From the NCBI GenBank assembly GCA_965262115.1, contig OZ253496.1, forward strand, positions 576,001-640,000: a stretch of DNA of 64,000 nt, written 5' to 3'. The notes below the pieces were generated by a model that ran no database searches, was not told where the DNA came from, and was given only the letters and a program-made list of their open reading frames with translations. Shown here in pieces: positions 33,192 to 44,621 of this stretch. Within the stretch, counting starts at the first letter, position 1; every line of letters starts with the position of its first letter. Made by a program: the position numbers and the translations under genes. The stretch comes from Nitrospinales bacterium. GTDB lineage: Bacteria > Nitrospinota > Nitrospinia > Nitrospinales > VA-1.

Positions 33192-35585
33192 TTGACCATG
33201 AAAAAATCACTGAAAAATCAGAAGCCCACTAGACCAAAAAAGAAAAAAGAACGTTCCAGGTTCGGAAAAATTTTCTTTATCACGTTTTATTCCATCACCC
33301 TTTTTTGTTTGGTCGCAGGCTTTGTCGGAGCAGGCTTTATATATTTCCACTATTCTCAGGACCTTCCCGATGTCCGTGAACTAAAAAATTATCACCCCAG
33401 CACCATCACCCAGATTTATTCCGATGGGAATGAAAAAATCGCCGAGTTTTATATAGAAAAACGTATCATGATCCCGCTTGAGAATATTCCCCTGGCCTTG
33501 AAGCAGGCCTCTCTAGCGGTTGAGGACTCTAACTTCTACTATCACTTTGGCATTGACCCTAAAGCTATTTTCAGGGCTTTTATCACAAATCTGAAGGCCG
33601 GCCATGTGGTGGAAGGTGGAAGCACCATCACCCAGCAATTGTCCAAAACACTGTTTTTATCCAGCGAACGTACATTACCCCGAAAAATCAAGGAAGCTAT
33701 TCTAGCTGTCAGGCTGGAACTGGTTTTCACTAAGGATGAGATACTTGAAATGTATCTCAACCAGATTTATTACGGCCATGGCAGTTATGGTGTGGAAGCT
33801 GCCGCCCACACCTATTTTGGCAAAGGTGTTGCCGATCTAACCATAGCGGAATGCGCCCTGATTGCCAGTCTGCCAAAAGCCCCCAATCACTACTCGCCCT
33901 ATAAAGACCCGGAGCGTGGTCGAAAAAGAAGAAACCATACTATCCGCCGAATGGCCTACCTCTCCTTCATCACCAGGGAAGAAAAAAAACAGGCCCTGAA
34001 TGAAGAGCTTCATTTGGGTGAAGTCACCACCATGCTCAACAGGGCTCCTTATTTTGTGGAACATATACGGCAATTTCTTGAAGGGAAATATGGTAGCACC
34101 AAACTTTATCGCGGCGGTTTAAAAGTTTATACGACTCTCGATATTAATTTACAGGAATCCGCTCAGAGAGCTATCAAAGAAAATTTAAGAATCGCAGACA
34201 AACGATATGGATATCGAGGCCCGTTAGGCACCCTGTATTTATCCAAAGGAGAATCGGCCATCCAGGAAACTCTTATCAAAATGAACCAATTTGAAGAGGG
34301 TGAAAGCATCACAGAAGGCAAAATTATCAAAGGTGTTGTTTGGTCGGTGGGTGAAAAACAGGTAGAGGTTCTTTTAGGGCTCGATTTTGGAATCATTAAT
34401 ATTCTCGATATGAATTGGGCACGGCCTCCCAACACCCAGCTCGATGGAAGGTGGGAAAAAATCAGAAGTCCGAGCCAGGCTCTTGCTCCGGGAGATTTGA
34501 TTTTAGTAAAACCACTCAGGATTAAAAATGGAGGCTGGTCGCTGGCTCTTGAGCAAGAGCCGGATGTGGAAGGCAGTCTGGTAAGCCTGGATCCTAAAAC
34601 CGGCCATTTGAAGGCAATGGTCGGAGGTTATAACTTCTCCAAGAGCCAGTTTAACCGGGCCGTACAAGCCATTCGACAACCCGGCTCCGCCTTCAAACCC
34701 ATCATTTATGCCGCAGCCATCAAAGAAGGTTTTTCCCCTGCCAGCATCATCATAGACTCGCCGATAATATTTAAAGAAAAGGAAAATGCTTTTGACGAAT
34801 GGAAACCGGTGAATTTCGAACAAAAATTTTATGGACCAACATCACTGAGAACCGCCCTCACCCACTCCCGCAATGTGGTGACGGTCAAACTCATGCAAAA
34901 TATTGGAATAAAGGGAACCATCAGGCTGGCAAAGAGTATGGGAATATCGAGCAACCTGGAACCCAACCTGTCCATTTCTCTGGGATCATCGGGTTTAACA
35001 CTTTTCCAACTCACTTCTGCCTATTCGGCATTTGCCAATAACGGAACCCTGATCAAACCCAACGCAATCAGAAATATTAAAAACCGTAAAGGAGAAATTA
35101 TATACACTTCCACCCCCGAAATCACCCAGCCGATTGCGCCAGGTGTCGCTTATACCATCACAAGTTTATTGCAAAGTGTTGTAGAACATGGAACCGGTAA
35201 AAAAGTTAGAGTGCTTAATCGACCTGTAGCAGGAAAAACAGGCACCACCAATAATTGCGTAGATGCCTGGTTCATGGGCTACACACCCGATTTGGTAACC
35301 GGGGTTTGGGTCGGTAAGGACAAAGATGAATCTTTAGGAAGAAATGAAACGGGATCTCGCACTGCCATACCCATCTGGCTACAATTCATGCAGGAGGCTC
35401 TTGTCAATAAGCCCATCACTAATTTCCAAGCTCCAAGGGATATTCAGTATTTAAGAATCCTGCCGGAAGCAGGAGAGCCAGCTTCGTTCGACGAGCCCGG
35501 CTCCAGGTTCGAAATTTTCTTACAGGATCACCTCCCAGACAATGAGGAACCTTTCCTGGAAGATTCTTTTGAAGACACCTTTTGA
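33192..35585 (+). CDS. mrcA: Penicillin-binding protein 1A
   Basis: EDSNF, GGSTITQQL, RKIKE, SAFK, SRN, KTG. Confidence 0.96.
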   Translation: MTMKKSLKNQKPTRPKKKKERSRFGKIFFITFYSITLFCLVAGFVGAGFIYFHYSQDLPDVRELKNYHPSTITQIYSDGNEKIAEFYIEKRIMIPLENIPLALKQASLAVEDSNFYYHFGIDPKAIFRAFITNLKAGHVVEGGSTITQQLSKTLFLSSERTLPRKIKEAILAVRLELVFTKDEILEMYLNQIYYGHGSYGVEAAAHTYFGKGVADLTIAECALIASLPKAPNHYSPYKDPERGRKRRNHTIRRMAYLSFITREEKKQALNEELHLGEVTTMLNRAPYFVEHIRQFLEGKYGSTKLYRGGLKVYTTLDINLQESAQRAIKENLRIADKRYGYRGPLGTLYLSKGESAIQETLIKMNQFEEGESITEGKIIKGVVWSVGEKQVEVLLGLDFGIINILDMNWARPPNTQLDGRWEKIRSPSQALAPGDLILVKPLRIKNGGWSLALEQEPDVEGSLVSLDPKTGHLKAMVGGYNFSKSQFNRAVQAIRQPGSAFKPIIYAAAIKEGFSPASIIIDSPIIFKEKENAFDEWKPVNFEQKFYGPTSLRTALTHSRNVVTVKLMQNIGIKGTIRLAKSMGISSNLEPNLSISLGSSGLTLFQLTSAYSAFANNGTLIKPNAIRNIKNRKGEIIYTSTPEITQPIAPGVAYTITSLLQSVVEHGTGKKVRVLNRPVAGKTGTTNNCVDAWFMGYTPDLVTGVWVGKDKDESLGRNETGSRTAIPIWLQFMQEALVNKPITNFQAPRDIQYLRILPEAGEPASFDEPGSRFEIFLQDHLPDNEEPFLEDSFEDTF

Positions 35586-35597
35586 TTTATTTGGCTG

Positions 35598-37607
35598 CTA
35601 GTTTTGCTGAACAATTTTTTTTCTTTTTACCGTCAACGCAAAAATATTTTTCTCAGAATCTCCGGATGGAAGCAAGGTGGTCTTTCCTGTAACACCAGGA
35701 AAGTTTATAATGGTTTTTAAGCTTTCCTTAAGTTTAATTCGGTTATCCACACCTGCAAGAATATTTTTTATGACTATGTTTGCCGCATCAAAAGCCTGGG
35801 CCGACAAGTAGGTCGGCTCTTCACCAAAATTGGTTTTAAAATCCTCAACAAATTTTCTGACCTCTATCTGGTGAGAATCGGGATAGTAACCATCAACGAA
35901 ATAAACCGTCTTCAAATACTTCCCCCCTATCTTGACCAGTTCGGGAGAGTTCCAGCCATTTGCTCCCAGCAAGGTAATATTATTGACATTATAAAAAGCC
36001 AATTGTGGAATAATCAGACCCACTTTATCGTAGACCCCGGGAATAAAAATCGCGTCATAACTCAACTCCAGCGACACGTTCAATTTTTCGATATCATTCT
36101 CCGACCAATGCCCCATATCAAGTATGGGCCGAGATAAAACAGATGCATTACTGAAGTCCTGCGTCACACCCTCGCCCAGCAATAATTCGCGGACAATCTT
36201 CTCCAAGGCATCATCTTCGACACCTCCTAGTTCCAAAATCTGTTTTTTAAAATCGTTTTGGGTGCGTTCATATCCAGCAACCGCAACCACCTCTCCACCC
36301 AAGGACTTCACTTCATTGATGAAAATATCTTTCAATTCCAATCCAAAAGGTTCGAAAGGATGAAGAACAGCAAATCTTCTCAACTGGAGAGTGTTGACAG
36401 AATACCGCGCCAGGAATTTAGCCTGAATCTCCCGAGTCAAGGCATTACGGAATATAAATGGATTCATATCCACCAACCCCTGAGTTGAGGCTGTGGGTGA
36501 AAATATGGGGATTCGATAATGCCGGGCAACCTCACCAGCAACTTTAACCTCATCGCTTAACAAGGGTCCAATGATACCCACAACATTAGGCAGCCCAGAC
36601 AATTCAGCTATAATTTCATTCATCGGCAACTGGTGGCCCGAATCCCTCACTTCCAGCGCCAGTTTTTCACGAGCCTGGAAAGGAAGCTGATTCACTGCTA
36701 ACTGAATTCCCTGCAGAACCCTTTGCCCGGTCAGCGCAAGTTTGCCGGTCAAGGGAAGAACCACGCCTATTTTAATTTTAGACCCTGTATCTGCCTTAAT
36801 CTGGTTTAACCAATTCTCCACTTCAGCTTTACGAGAATGCGTGGGAAAAGTTGCAATGAACTTTTCAAGGCTTGCCATGTAGCTGGCAATATCCCTGACC
36901 TCTCGGAAAGAAGATATTTTTCTCAATAATAAAAGGTCTACCGGAAAACCGTTGCCTAACTTCTGAATCAATGCTGAGACCTGGGCTATCCCAAGTTTTT
37001 CGTTAATCAGGTTTTCGGCCACCTCGACTGCGTGTTTACGAATATCTTTGTTCTCAATTTGACCATGGACTTGTTTCAACTTGGTAAAAGCTTTTTCATA
37101 ATCCATTCGGCCGCCATTAATCCTGGCCAAGTAAACCATAATCTCCCATTTACGCTTTTTATCTGGAGATGATCGTAAAACTATTTTAAACAAGGATTCC
37201 GCCTGATCATAATTCGCTAATTCATAATGGCAGAGGGCCATGTTGAATCTCGCTGAATTTGCGAAAAGAGAATTCGAAAAACTCTGCAAAAGAATTTGAT
37301 AAAAACGGATGGCCGTGGAATAAGAACGACTTGACTGATCTATGCGACCGAGACGAAATAACGCCTGATGGCTTCTTTTTCCCGATGGATTTTGCGATAA
37401 ATAGTCATGATAAGGTAGCTTGGCACCGAGAAAATCTCCCGAATGAAACAGGTACTCGGCCTGCAAGAAAGGATCTCCCTGCAAATCAGGCATGTTCTGC
37501 TTTATTTTACCATTTCCTGAAGCATCTTCTTCAGGTCCAGCATAGGCCAGCCCGAAAATGCTGAGCAGACAAAGCAAAATAAAATAAATTCTAACTGTTC
37601 TTATCAA
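35598..37607 (-). CDS. TPR + periplasmic-binding-fold protein (LpoA-like PBP activator)
   Basis: N-terminal TPRs; IGVVLPLTG, IIGPLLS, PQLAFY, GVTGKT; convergent with PBP1A. Confidence 0.75.
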   Translation of the reverse strand: MIRTVRIYFILLCLLSIFGLAYAGPEEDASGNGKIKQNMPDLQGDPFLQAEYLFHSGDFLGAKLPYHDYLSQNPSGKRSHQALFRLGRIDQSSRSYSTAIRFYQILLQSFSNSLFANSARFNMALCHYELANYDQAESLFKIVLRSSPDKKRKWEIMVYLARINGGRMDYEKAFTKLKQVHGQIENKDIRKHAVEVAENLINEKLGIAQVSALIQKLGNGFPVDLLLLRKISSFREVRDIASYMASLEKFIATFPTHSRKAEVENWLNQIKADTGSKIKIGVVLPLTGKLALTGQRVLQGIQLAVNQLPFQAREKLALEVRDSGHQLPMNEIIAELSGLPNVVGIIGPLLSDEVKVAGEVARHYRIPIFSPTASTQGLVDMNPFIFRNALTREIQAKFLARYSVNTLQLRRFAVLHPFEPFGLELKDIFINEVKSLGGEVVAVAGYERTQNDFKKQILELGGVEDDALEKIVRELLLGEGVTQDFSNASVLSRPILDMGHWSENDIEKLNVSLELSYDAIFIPGVYDKVGLIIPQLAFYNVNNITLLGANGWNSPELVKIGGKYLKTVYFVDGYYPDSHQIEVRKFVEDFKTNFGEEPTYLSAQAFDAANIVIKNILAGVDNRIKLKESLKTIINFPGVTGKTTLLPSGDSEKNIFALTVKRKKIVQQN

Positions 37608-37625
37608 TCGATTTTCGAATTCCTA

Positions 37626-39017
37626 TTAATCATCATTTTTTGATTTATCTTTTAATTTGTGCTTTCCAATCCGATACCTCATTGAGCGAAAACTGAGATT
37701 CAATTTTTCCGCCGCCTTGTTAATAATGCCATCAGAACGCATCAAGGCATTGGCTATCATTTTCATTTCGATTTGATCCAGAGTTTTTTCCAGATCAATA
37801 TCAGTCTGGTCGAGCCCCGGAACCTGTATTTTATCTGGAGATGGTTGCCCTAGTAGTTCATCCGGCAAGCTGGTTTTGCGAATCCTTTCCGCTGTTTCCA
37901 GAACCACTGCCCTCTCAATAATATTTTCCAGTTCTCTCACATTTCCCGGCCATGGATACCATTCAAAAACTCTCAAGGCATCCGAATCTATTCCTTGAAT
38001 ATAGGTTTTATTGTGCCTAGCATTGTACTTATTGATAAAAAATTCAACCAAATCTGGAATATCCTCCTTGCGTTCTCTTAAAGGAGGAAGATGACTAGGA
38101 ATGACATTTAACCGGTAATACAAATCTTCACGGAAGGATTTCTTCTCCACTAAACCCGAAAGGTTGCTATTGGTCGCCGCAATGATTCTCAAGTCCACAG
38201 GAATAGACTTGGTGCCCCCCAATCGCATGATTTCATGCTCCTGCAGAACACGCAGCAGTTTGACCTGGGTCGACAAAGGAGCCTCGCCCACTTCATCAAA
38301 AAAGAATGAACCCTTATTGGCAGATTCCATCAACCCCAATTTCAGGGAATCGGCACTGGTGAACGCTCCTTTTTCATGCCCGAACAATTCACTTTCAAGA
38401 ATGTTTTCCGGCATGGCTCCACAATTGATGGAGACAAAGGGATAATTTTTTCTATTGCCATTAAAGTGGATGGCTTTCGCGATAAGCTCTTTGCCTGTAC
38501 CACTTTCACCGGTGATCAATACGGTTGCTTTGCTCTGGGCAACCTTTTCCACCAGATCAAAGATTTTCTGTATCGAACTGGACTTTCCTATGACATTTAA
38601 AATCTGAAAACGGTCATTCAATGCGGTTTTTAAAAACCGGTTTTCCGTAGAAAGTTTTCGCTTTTCTAAAGCGTTCTTGACGATCAGATGAATATCTTCG
38701 ATTTTGAATGGCTTGGAAATATAATCGTAGGCACCCTTTTTCATGGCGGTCACAGCTGTTTCTGCAGAAGCATAAGCCGTCATCATCACAACTGGGGTGT
38801 CGGGCAGGGCATTCCGGGCCGCATCCAAAACATCTATACCATTGGAGCGCCCCATGCGGATATCGGTCAGAACCAGATCAAAATTATTTTCACGAATCAG
38901 CTTGATGGCTTTTTCGACACTGGGAGCGGTTACAACCTGATAACCTTCCTCTTCAAGCATAATGACCAGGAAGTCCCGCAAGCTTTTTTCATCGTCCGCA
39001 ACCAGAATGGAACTCAT
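37626..39017 (-). CDS. Sigma54-dependent response regulator (NtrC/PilR family)
   Basis: Receiver domain, GESGTGKE, GAFTSA, WPGNVREL, Fis-type HTH. Confidence 0.95.
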   Translation of the reverse strand: MSSILVADDEKSLRDFLVIMLEEEGYQVVTAPSVEKAIKLIRENNFDLVLTDIRMGRSNGIDVLDAARNALPDTPVVMMTAYASAETAVTAMKKGAYDYISKPFKIEDIHLIVKNALEKRKLSTENRFLKTALNDRFQILNVIGKSSSIQKIFDLVEKVAQSKATVLITGESGTGKELIAKAIHFNGNRKNYPFVSINCGAMPENILESELFGHEKGAFTSADSLKLGLMESANKGSFFFDEVGEAPLSTQVKLLRVLQEHEIMRLGGTKSIPVDLRIIAATNSNLSGLVEKKSFREDLYYRLNVIPSHLPPLRERKEDIPDLVEFFINKYNARHNKTYIQGIDSDALRVFEWYPWPGNVRELENIIERAVVLETAERIRKTSLPDELLGQPSPDKIQVPGLDQTDIDLEKTLDQIEMKMIANALMRSDGIINKAAEKLNLSFRSMRYRIGKHKLKDKSKNDD

Positions 39018-39106
39018 ACTAAGATTTTATCGCCATTCTTACCTGTAAATCAATAAAGGTTCATGAAAACTTTTGCGAAATAAAGACTAGCCTGGGATGA
39101 GCCACA

Positions 39107-40312
39107 TCAACGATTAAAGGTCTCCGCATAGAGCTTTAAACGCAGGGCGTTGAGTTTTATGAATCCTTCCGCATCATCCTGGCTGTAACCATGACTCTCT
39201 TCGAAACTGGCAATATTCTGGTTGTACAGCGATTTTTCAGCCTTTCGGCCTATGACAATGCAGTTGCCCTTATACAGTTTCAGTCTGACTTCGCCAGTAA
39301 CATTGGCCTGAGCATGGTCCATGGTTTGCTGGAGTAGCTCCCTTTCGGGAGAAAACCAGAAACCGTTATAGATCATCTTGGCATAGGAGGGGATCAAAGA
39401 ATCACGGAGAAAAGCGACTTCCCGGTCCAAGGTGACAGATTCAACTGCCCGATGAGCTTCATGCAGAATCGTTCCACCCGGGGTTTCATAGACCCCGCGT
39501 GACTTCATCCCGACAAAGCGGTTCTCCACAATATCAATACGACCTATTCCGTTTTCCCCACCATGCTGGTTTAGACGCTCCAGCAAAAATGCCGGGCTCA
39601 TTTTCTCTCCGTTTATGGCAACAGGATTTCCCCGCTCGTAAGCAATCTCTATGGTAGTGGGCTTATCAGGGGCCGCTTCAGGGGTCACTGACAACAAAAA
39701 CATATCATCATGCGGCTCATACCACGGATCTTCCAACACCCCTCCCTCATAGCTAATATGAAACAAATTACGATCCGTGCTATAGGGCTTGGCCTTGGTG
39801 ACAGGAACGGAAATCTCGTGCGTCACTGCATAATCGATCAATGCCGTCCTGGAGTTAAGATCCCATTCACGCCAGGGGGAAATAATCTTTATTTCGGGAT
39901 TGAGCGTGTGGTAAGCCAGCTCAAAACGAACCTGGTCATTGCCTTTACCCGTCGAACCATGCGACACCCCATCTGCCCCTTCCAGGTTGGCAATTCGTAT
40001 CTGCTCTTTGGAAATCAAAGGCCGGGCAATAGAGGTTCCCAAAAGATAATTGTGTTCATAAAACGCATTGGCCCGAAGCATGGGAAAGACAAAATCTCTG
40101 ATAAATTCTTCCCGCAGGTCTTCGATATAAACCTTGCTGGCCCCGGTTGCCAGGGCCTTCTCCCTGACCGGTTCCAATTCCTGGCCCTGCCCCACATCAG
40201 CAGCAAAAGCGATGATTTCGCAATCATATTTTTCCTTAAGCCATTTGATAATAACGGAGGTATCCAGTCCACCTGAGTAGGCCAATACAATTTTCTTAAA
40301 TTTAGTTACCAT
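39107..40312 (-). CDS. argG: Argininosuccinate synthase
   Basis: [30 protein letters not shown]. Confidence 0.98.
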   Translation of the reverse strand: MVTKFKKIVLAYSGGLDTSVIIKWLKEKYDCEIIAFAADVGQGQELEPVREKALATGASKVYIEDLREEFIRDFVFPMLRANAFYEHNYLLGTSIARPLISKEQIRIANLEGADGVSHGSTGKGNDQVRFELAYHTLNPEIKIISPWREWDLNSRTALIDYAVTHEISVPVTKAKPYSTDRNLFHISYEGGVLEDPWYEPHDDMFLLSVTPEAAPDKPTTIEIAYERGNPVAINGEKMSPAFLLERLNQHGGENGIGRIDIVENRFVGMKSRGVYETPGGTILHEAHRAVESVTLDREVAFLRDSLIPSYAKMIYNGFWFSPERELLQQTMDHAQANVTGEVRLKLYKGNCIVIGRKAEKSLYNQNIASFEESHGYSQDDAEGFIKLNALRLKLYAETFNR

Positions 40313-40375
40313 AACTGCTTTCTTTTCCAGGTTAAATAATTCCGCTAGTAATCCTGAATTCAAACAATGATCAAT

Positions 40376-41308
40376 TCACGAAACAAGGGCATATTGGGCA
40401 GCCCCCAGCAAAGGGGCAAATTCATCCATCACCACTTTCACAGGGGTCTCCAAAAGATACTTTTCGAACCTGCCCTTGGAAAGAAACGCCTTCATAAATT
40501 CCCCTTCTTGTAACAAGGGTACGATCTTCGGAGCAATACCTCCGCCAAGATAAACCCCGCCATCCGATAAATATTGCAACGCTAAATTTCCGGCCAAGGC
40601 TCCATACAGGGAAATAAATAGTTTTATAGTTTTCTCACAAACCGGAGAAGTTTTTGCGAGGGCTCTTTCAACGATAGTAGCAGGAGAATCGACAACCTCA
40701 TGTTCCACCGTCTTGAAAAATCCATAAATATCCAACAAGCCGGACCCTGATAATACGCGCTCTATGCTGACCCTGGAATATTTTTTTTGCAGAAAAAATA
40801 AAAGCTCCGCTTCCAATTCATTCCGGGGAGAAAAATCACAATGTCCTCCCTCGGAATCCATAACAATATATTTGCCATTTTTCTCAGGCACCAGGAAGGC
40901 CTGCCCCAAACCCGTGCCAGCTGAAACCACCGATATTCTTGCTTCACTTACAGGGGTTCCGGCTTGAATGACCTCAAAGGATTCAGAACCCAATAAAGGA
41001 ATCGCATATGCCATCGCGGCCAAATCGTTGATCAACCAGACCGCATCCACGCCTAAGTTTTCCCTTAAGCGCTCTGCCTCAACCTGCCAGGAAAGGTTGG
41101 TCAACCGGCATTTTTCGTCAATGACACGACCGGCTACGCCAAAGCAGGATTTCTCAACCTTTGAATCGTTGTTCTTTAAAAAATCGTCCAGTACCTTCTC
41201 AATACTGGAAAAGTCCCGGCTCTCATAACGCTTTTCCGTTATCCGTGTTCTGCCATCAAAAAGAGCCAGGTTGACCTTGGTTCCCCCGATATCCCCCGCC
41301 AGTATCAT
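40376..41308 (-). CDS. glk: Glucokinase
   Basis: LAGDIGGT, INDL, GTGLG, SEGGH, GGGI, KGRF. Confidence 0.95.
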   Translation of the reverse strand: MILAGDIGGTKVNLALFDGRTRITEKRYESRDFSSIEKVLDDFLKNNDSKVEKSCFGVAGRVIDEKCRLTNLSWQVEAERLRENLGVDAVWLINDLAAMAYAIPLLGSESFEVIQAGTPVSEARISVVSAGTGLGQAFLVPEKNGKYIVMDSEGGHCDFSPRNELEAELLFFLQKKYSRVSIERVLSGSGLLDIYGFFKTVEHEVVDSPATIVERALAKTSPVCEKTIKLFISLYGALAGNLALQYLSDGGVYLGGGIAPKIVPLLQEGEFMKAFLSKGRFEKYLLETPVKVVMDEFAPLLGAAQYALVS

Positions 41309-42549
41309 CTGAGAAACGAACGGATGCGCTCGTCCAGCGCATTCTGGTCTTTGGTAAAAGACTGTAACGCCGATTGCGTCATCAAGTCATCCAGCGCAAC
41401 GGATTCGGGCCAAACCGACAAGTCAGGAATTTTTCCATGATCCTGGATTTTCTTTAAATCGTCATCGCTGAAAGGATGAAACAGGTTGACTCCTCGATCA
41501 CGCGCAATTCCAGCCAGTTCCTTTCCCTGCATGGAATCCAGTTCCGGTGTGTCAATCAGAGCATTCACAAAATCTTTGAACTCGTCAGACAGTTGCCAAA
41601 GCTCTGGAAAACGCTTTGCAAGGGCGTGTTGCGGATCAATCCCCGGTTCAATAGGATCATTAATATGAGACTCCACCTGCTCAAAGGATTTCCCGGATTC
41701 CTGAAACTCTTTCATAGCCTTGGGAGGAATGGTCAACACATCCAGTCCGGCCAGAAAAGCCACCTGTTCGCCGTTTCTTATACTGGCGGCAATCAATCGT
41801 GATCCCACATCTTTGTGCTTATCCCGCACTGACCGCAACGCCTGTTGGGTCGCCAACGTCACTTTTTCCCCCACCAGTTCTCCCGTTCCGGCTTTATGGT
41901 CCATCACCAATTGATTCAACCTGCCAAAAAATACGTTCACAAAATCAGGATTGGCTAAACGCGCTGCCAGATAATTTTGTCGGACCGAAAACCCCAAAGT
42001 AAAATTAATGGGAACTCCTTCCTGTCTTAAAGTGCGAACCGCCAGATACCCTTCAGGTGTCAGGGGCACTTTAACAGTAAAATATTGTGGGCAAACCTTG
42101 TAATATCGGCTACCAAAATGAAGGGTGCGCTCTATATTCCGGGACACGACCGGGTGCAATTCGACACTGACTTTCACCTTGAAAGCTTGGACCAGACGCA
42201 GGGCAATCTTGCAATTGATCACAAAACCCACCTCCAAAATCATTTCCTCTTCAGACAACTCCAACCCTTCCTGCTGAATTTTTTGGATGGTGTCTTCAAT
42301 GACCTTATCCATAATCCCACTTTGCACCACTTGGTTTGCCAAGGTGTTATTGGTGGTCAAAGCCGTGAGTTCGTTTTTCCATATCTCTTGGGCTTTCTCC
42401 AACTCGCCTGTGTCGATCCAAACCTCACTGCCAAGGGCTTTCAATCTGGCTAATAAAGGATCAGATTCGCTCCGGGGTGACTCCCCTTCAATCTTTTCAA
42501 AAGCCAGCCCATGCAGAACCTCTTCCAGCTTTTGGCTCACAGTATCCAT
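41305..42549 (-). CDS. Transaldolase-family protein
   Basis: WIDT, TTNNT, VKVPLTPEG, NFTLGFS, AASIR. Confidence 0.85.
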   Translation of the reverse strand: MDTVSQKLEEVLHGLAFEKIEGESPRSESDPLLARLKALGSEVWIDTGELEKAQEIWKNELTALTTNNTLANQVVQSGIMDKVIEDTIQKIQQEGLELSEEEMILEVGFVINCKIALRLVQAFKVKVSVELHPVVSRNIERTLHFGSRYYKVCPQYFTVKVPLTPEGYLAVRTLRQEGVPINFTLGFSVRQNYLAARLANPDFVNVFFGRLNQLVMDHKAGTGELVGEKVTLATQQALRSVRDKHKDVGSRLIAASIRNGEQVAFLAGLDVLTIPPKAMKEFQESGKSFEQVESHINDPIEPGIDPQHALAKRFPELWQLSDEFKDFVNALIDTPELDSMQGKELAGIARDRGVNLFHPFSDDDLKKIQDHGKIPDLSVWPESVALDDLMTQSALQSFTKDQNALDERIRSFLR

Positions 42550-42624
42550 ATGTAGTTATCCTTTCTAAAAAAAGAGACCCTCACACAATTTAGCTGACAT
42601 CGAAAGAAGCAATATTACCCCTTC

Positions 42625-42670
42625 TACCCCTTCGGGGCATGAAAGCTAATGAAGAGGGCATAACAGGGGC
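42625..42670 (-). repeat. Dispersed element, copy 3 (inverted)
   Basis: Reverse complement gcccctgttatgccctcttcattagctttcatgccccgaaggggta; adjacent 9-bp tandem duplication taccccttc. Confidence 0.8.
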
Positions 42671-42716
42671 ACGAACACTATGGTTAAATATCACGCGCTC
42701 TTTGCCAAAGGTCTCT

Positions 42717-44018
42717 CTAAAACCCGGGTTTCCCCAAAAGCTTGAACATATTTTTCTTATAAAACTCAACACCCGGCTGATCAAAAGGATTCACTCCATT
42801 CAGATAGCCGGTCATTGCCACCGCCCTTTCAAAAAAATAAAAAACCTGGCCCAAAGAGTATGGCGAACGATCTTTAATTTTAAGGGTCATGTTGGGAACG
42901 CCTCCCTCCTTATGAGCACTTGCCGTTCCTAGCCATGCTTTCTCATTAACCGTATCGAGCGTTTCACCAGCGAGGTAGTTTAAACCGTCCGCATCATTTT
43001 TAAAAGTGGGTATTTTCAGCTGCCGCCGGGAGGACTCGAGAATTAAAAAAGTCTCAAAAATATTGCGATTGCCCTCTTGAATCCATTGACCCATGGAATG
43101 AAGGTCGGAGGTAAACTCCACCGACGAGGGGAAAATCCCTTTCAGATCCTTGCCCTCGCTTTCACCAGCCAATTGTTTCCACCAATCCGCAAGATAATGA
43201 AAAGCGGGTTGGAAAGTTGCAAGAATTTCAGTGGTTTTTCCCTTCTGGTAGAGCAACTGACGCATCACAGCATAATAGTAAGCATCGTTTTGATCCAGAG
43301 AGGGCTTGGAATATAATTTTTCACCCTGACGGGCTCCCTCCATCAATTCCTTAATATTGATCCCCGCCACCGCCATAGGAAAAAGTCCCACGGGTGTTAA
43401 TACAGAATACCGGCCTCCCACATCATCCGGAATCACAAAAGTCTTATACCCTAATTCATCGGCAAGACTTTTAAGAGCTCCCCGGCTGGAATCGGTGGTG
43501 ACGACTATCCGATCCCGGGCTCCGTCAGCCCCATATTTATTTTCCATCATCTGCTTTAGCAGGCGGAAGGCAACAGCCGGTTCGGTGGTGGTGCCCGACT
43601 TGGAGATCACGTTGAGACAAACATCCTGGCTCTCTATCAGGTCGAAAAGGTCGGCATGGTAATCGGAACTGATATTCTGTCCGGCAAAATATATTTCCGG
43701 CCTGCCCTGTTTGCCAACCTGATTGGAAAAAGAAGAGTTCAGGTAGGAAATCCCGGCCCGGGCTCCCAGATAAGACCCACCGATACCCACAACGATAAAA
43801 ACATCACATGAATTGCGGATGGCGTCTGCTGCGGATTCAATCTCTGCCAAACTAGAAAAACTGGAAGGCAAGCGCAACCAGCCTAGATAGTCTGCCCCCT
43901 TACCATACCCTGCCTCCAATCCGTCATGGCACAGGTTAACTTGCGGCTGGAGGCCATTGACCTCCAGGTCGGAAACCAAGGACCTAAGGTTTTCACAATC
44001 AAGAGAAAGGTTTGACAT
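42717..44018 (-). CDS. pgi: Glucose-6-phosphate isomerase
   Basis: GIGGSYLG, SKSGTT, VGGRYS, ESEGK, FDQPGVEFYK. Confidence 0.97.
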   Translation of the reverse strand: MSNLSLDCENLRSLVSDLEVNGLQPQVNLCHDGLEAGYGKGADYLGWLRLPSSFSSLAEIESAADAIRNSCDVFIVVGIGGSYLGARAGISYLNSSFSNQVGKQGRPEIYFAGQNISSDYHADLFDLIESQDVCLNVISKSGTTTEPAVAFRLLKQMMENKYGADGARDRIVVTTDSSRGALKSLADELGYKTFVIPDDVGGRYSVLTPVGLFPMAVAGINIKELMEGARQGEKLYSKPSLDQNDAYYYAVMRQLLYQKGKTTEILATFQPAFHYLADWWKQLAGESEGKDLKGIFPSSVEFTSDLHSMGQWIQEGNRNIFETFLILESSRRQLKIPTFKNDADGLNYLAGETLDTVNEKAWLGTASAHKEGGVPNMTLKIKDRSPYSLGQVFYFFERAVAMTGYLNGVNPFDQPGVEFYKKNMFKLLGKPGF

Positions 44019-44039
44019 GCTGGATGTATGAAACCCTGT

Positions 44040-44621
44040 TTATCTTTCCAGTTTACTGAACTTGGACCCTTCCAAGGTCAAATTATACATCAGACCTTTC
44101 TGGCCAAATATAAACGCCACAATAGGATCCTCAACATTGATGGTGTCCAGAGAATCCCCCATACCCAGAGAGATCAATGCCACAGATCCATCCACTCCGG
44201 CCTTCCAGCCATCGCTGTTTCTAAACTGCTTTAAAGCACTCTCTGTGGTAAATACCAAAACGATGGATTTTGCCTGGGCACCCAGTTGAAACCCTATCGA
44301 AGCCGCCATAGTACTGTAATAATCGGCAGTTTTACCGCCAATTCGCAAAGCCCCTTCGCCATATTCTCCGCCAATGCCAATTCCTATTTTTATGACCTGC
44401 GGAAAAACAAGTACGCCTTTGGCTTTTTTTATAAAGCTGTCAGCGCCTGGAATTTCCTTATTAAAACGCTCCAGGGTGACATCCACACTCATATCTATTT
44501 CCTTGGCGGTTTCCGAAAAGGCCATGCTGGCGGAACACATTAAAATCAGGCCTACCAAAACCCATTGAGTGAAATTAAGAGCTATTGCCTGTCGCATTTG
44601 CGAAAAATCTTTATGAATCAT
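44040..44621 (-). CDS. Ysc84/SYLF lipid-binding domain protein
   Basis: AKGVLVFP, GGEYGEG, SIGFQLG, GLMYNLTLEGSK. Confidence 0.88.
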   Translation of the reverse strand: MIHKDFSQMRQAIALNFTQWVLVGLILMCSASMAFSETAKEIDMSVDVTLERFNKEIPGADSFIKKAKGVLVFPQVIKIGIGIGGEYGEGALRIGGKTADYYSTMAASIGFQLGAQAKSIVLVFTTESALKQFRNSDGWKAGVDGSVALISLGMGDSLDTINVEDPIVAFIFGQKGLMYNLTLEGSKFSKLER

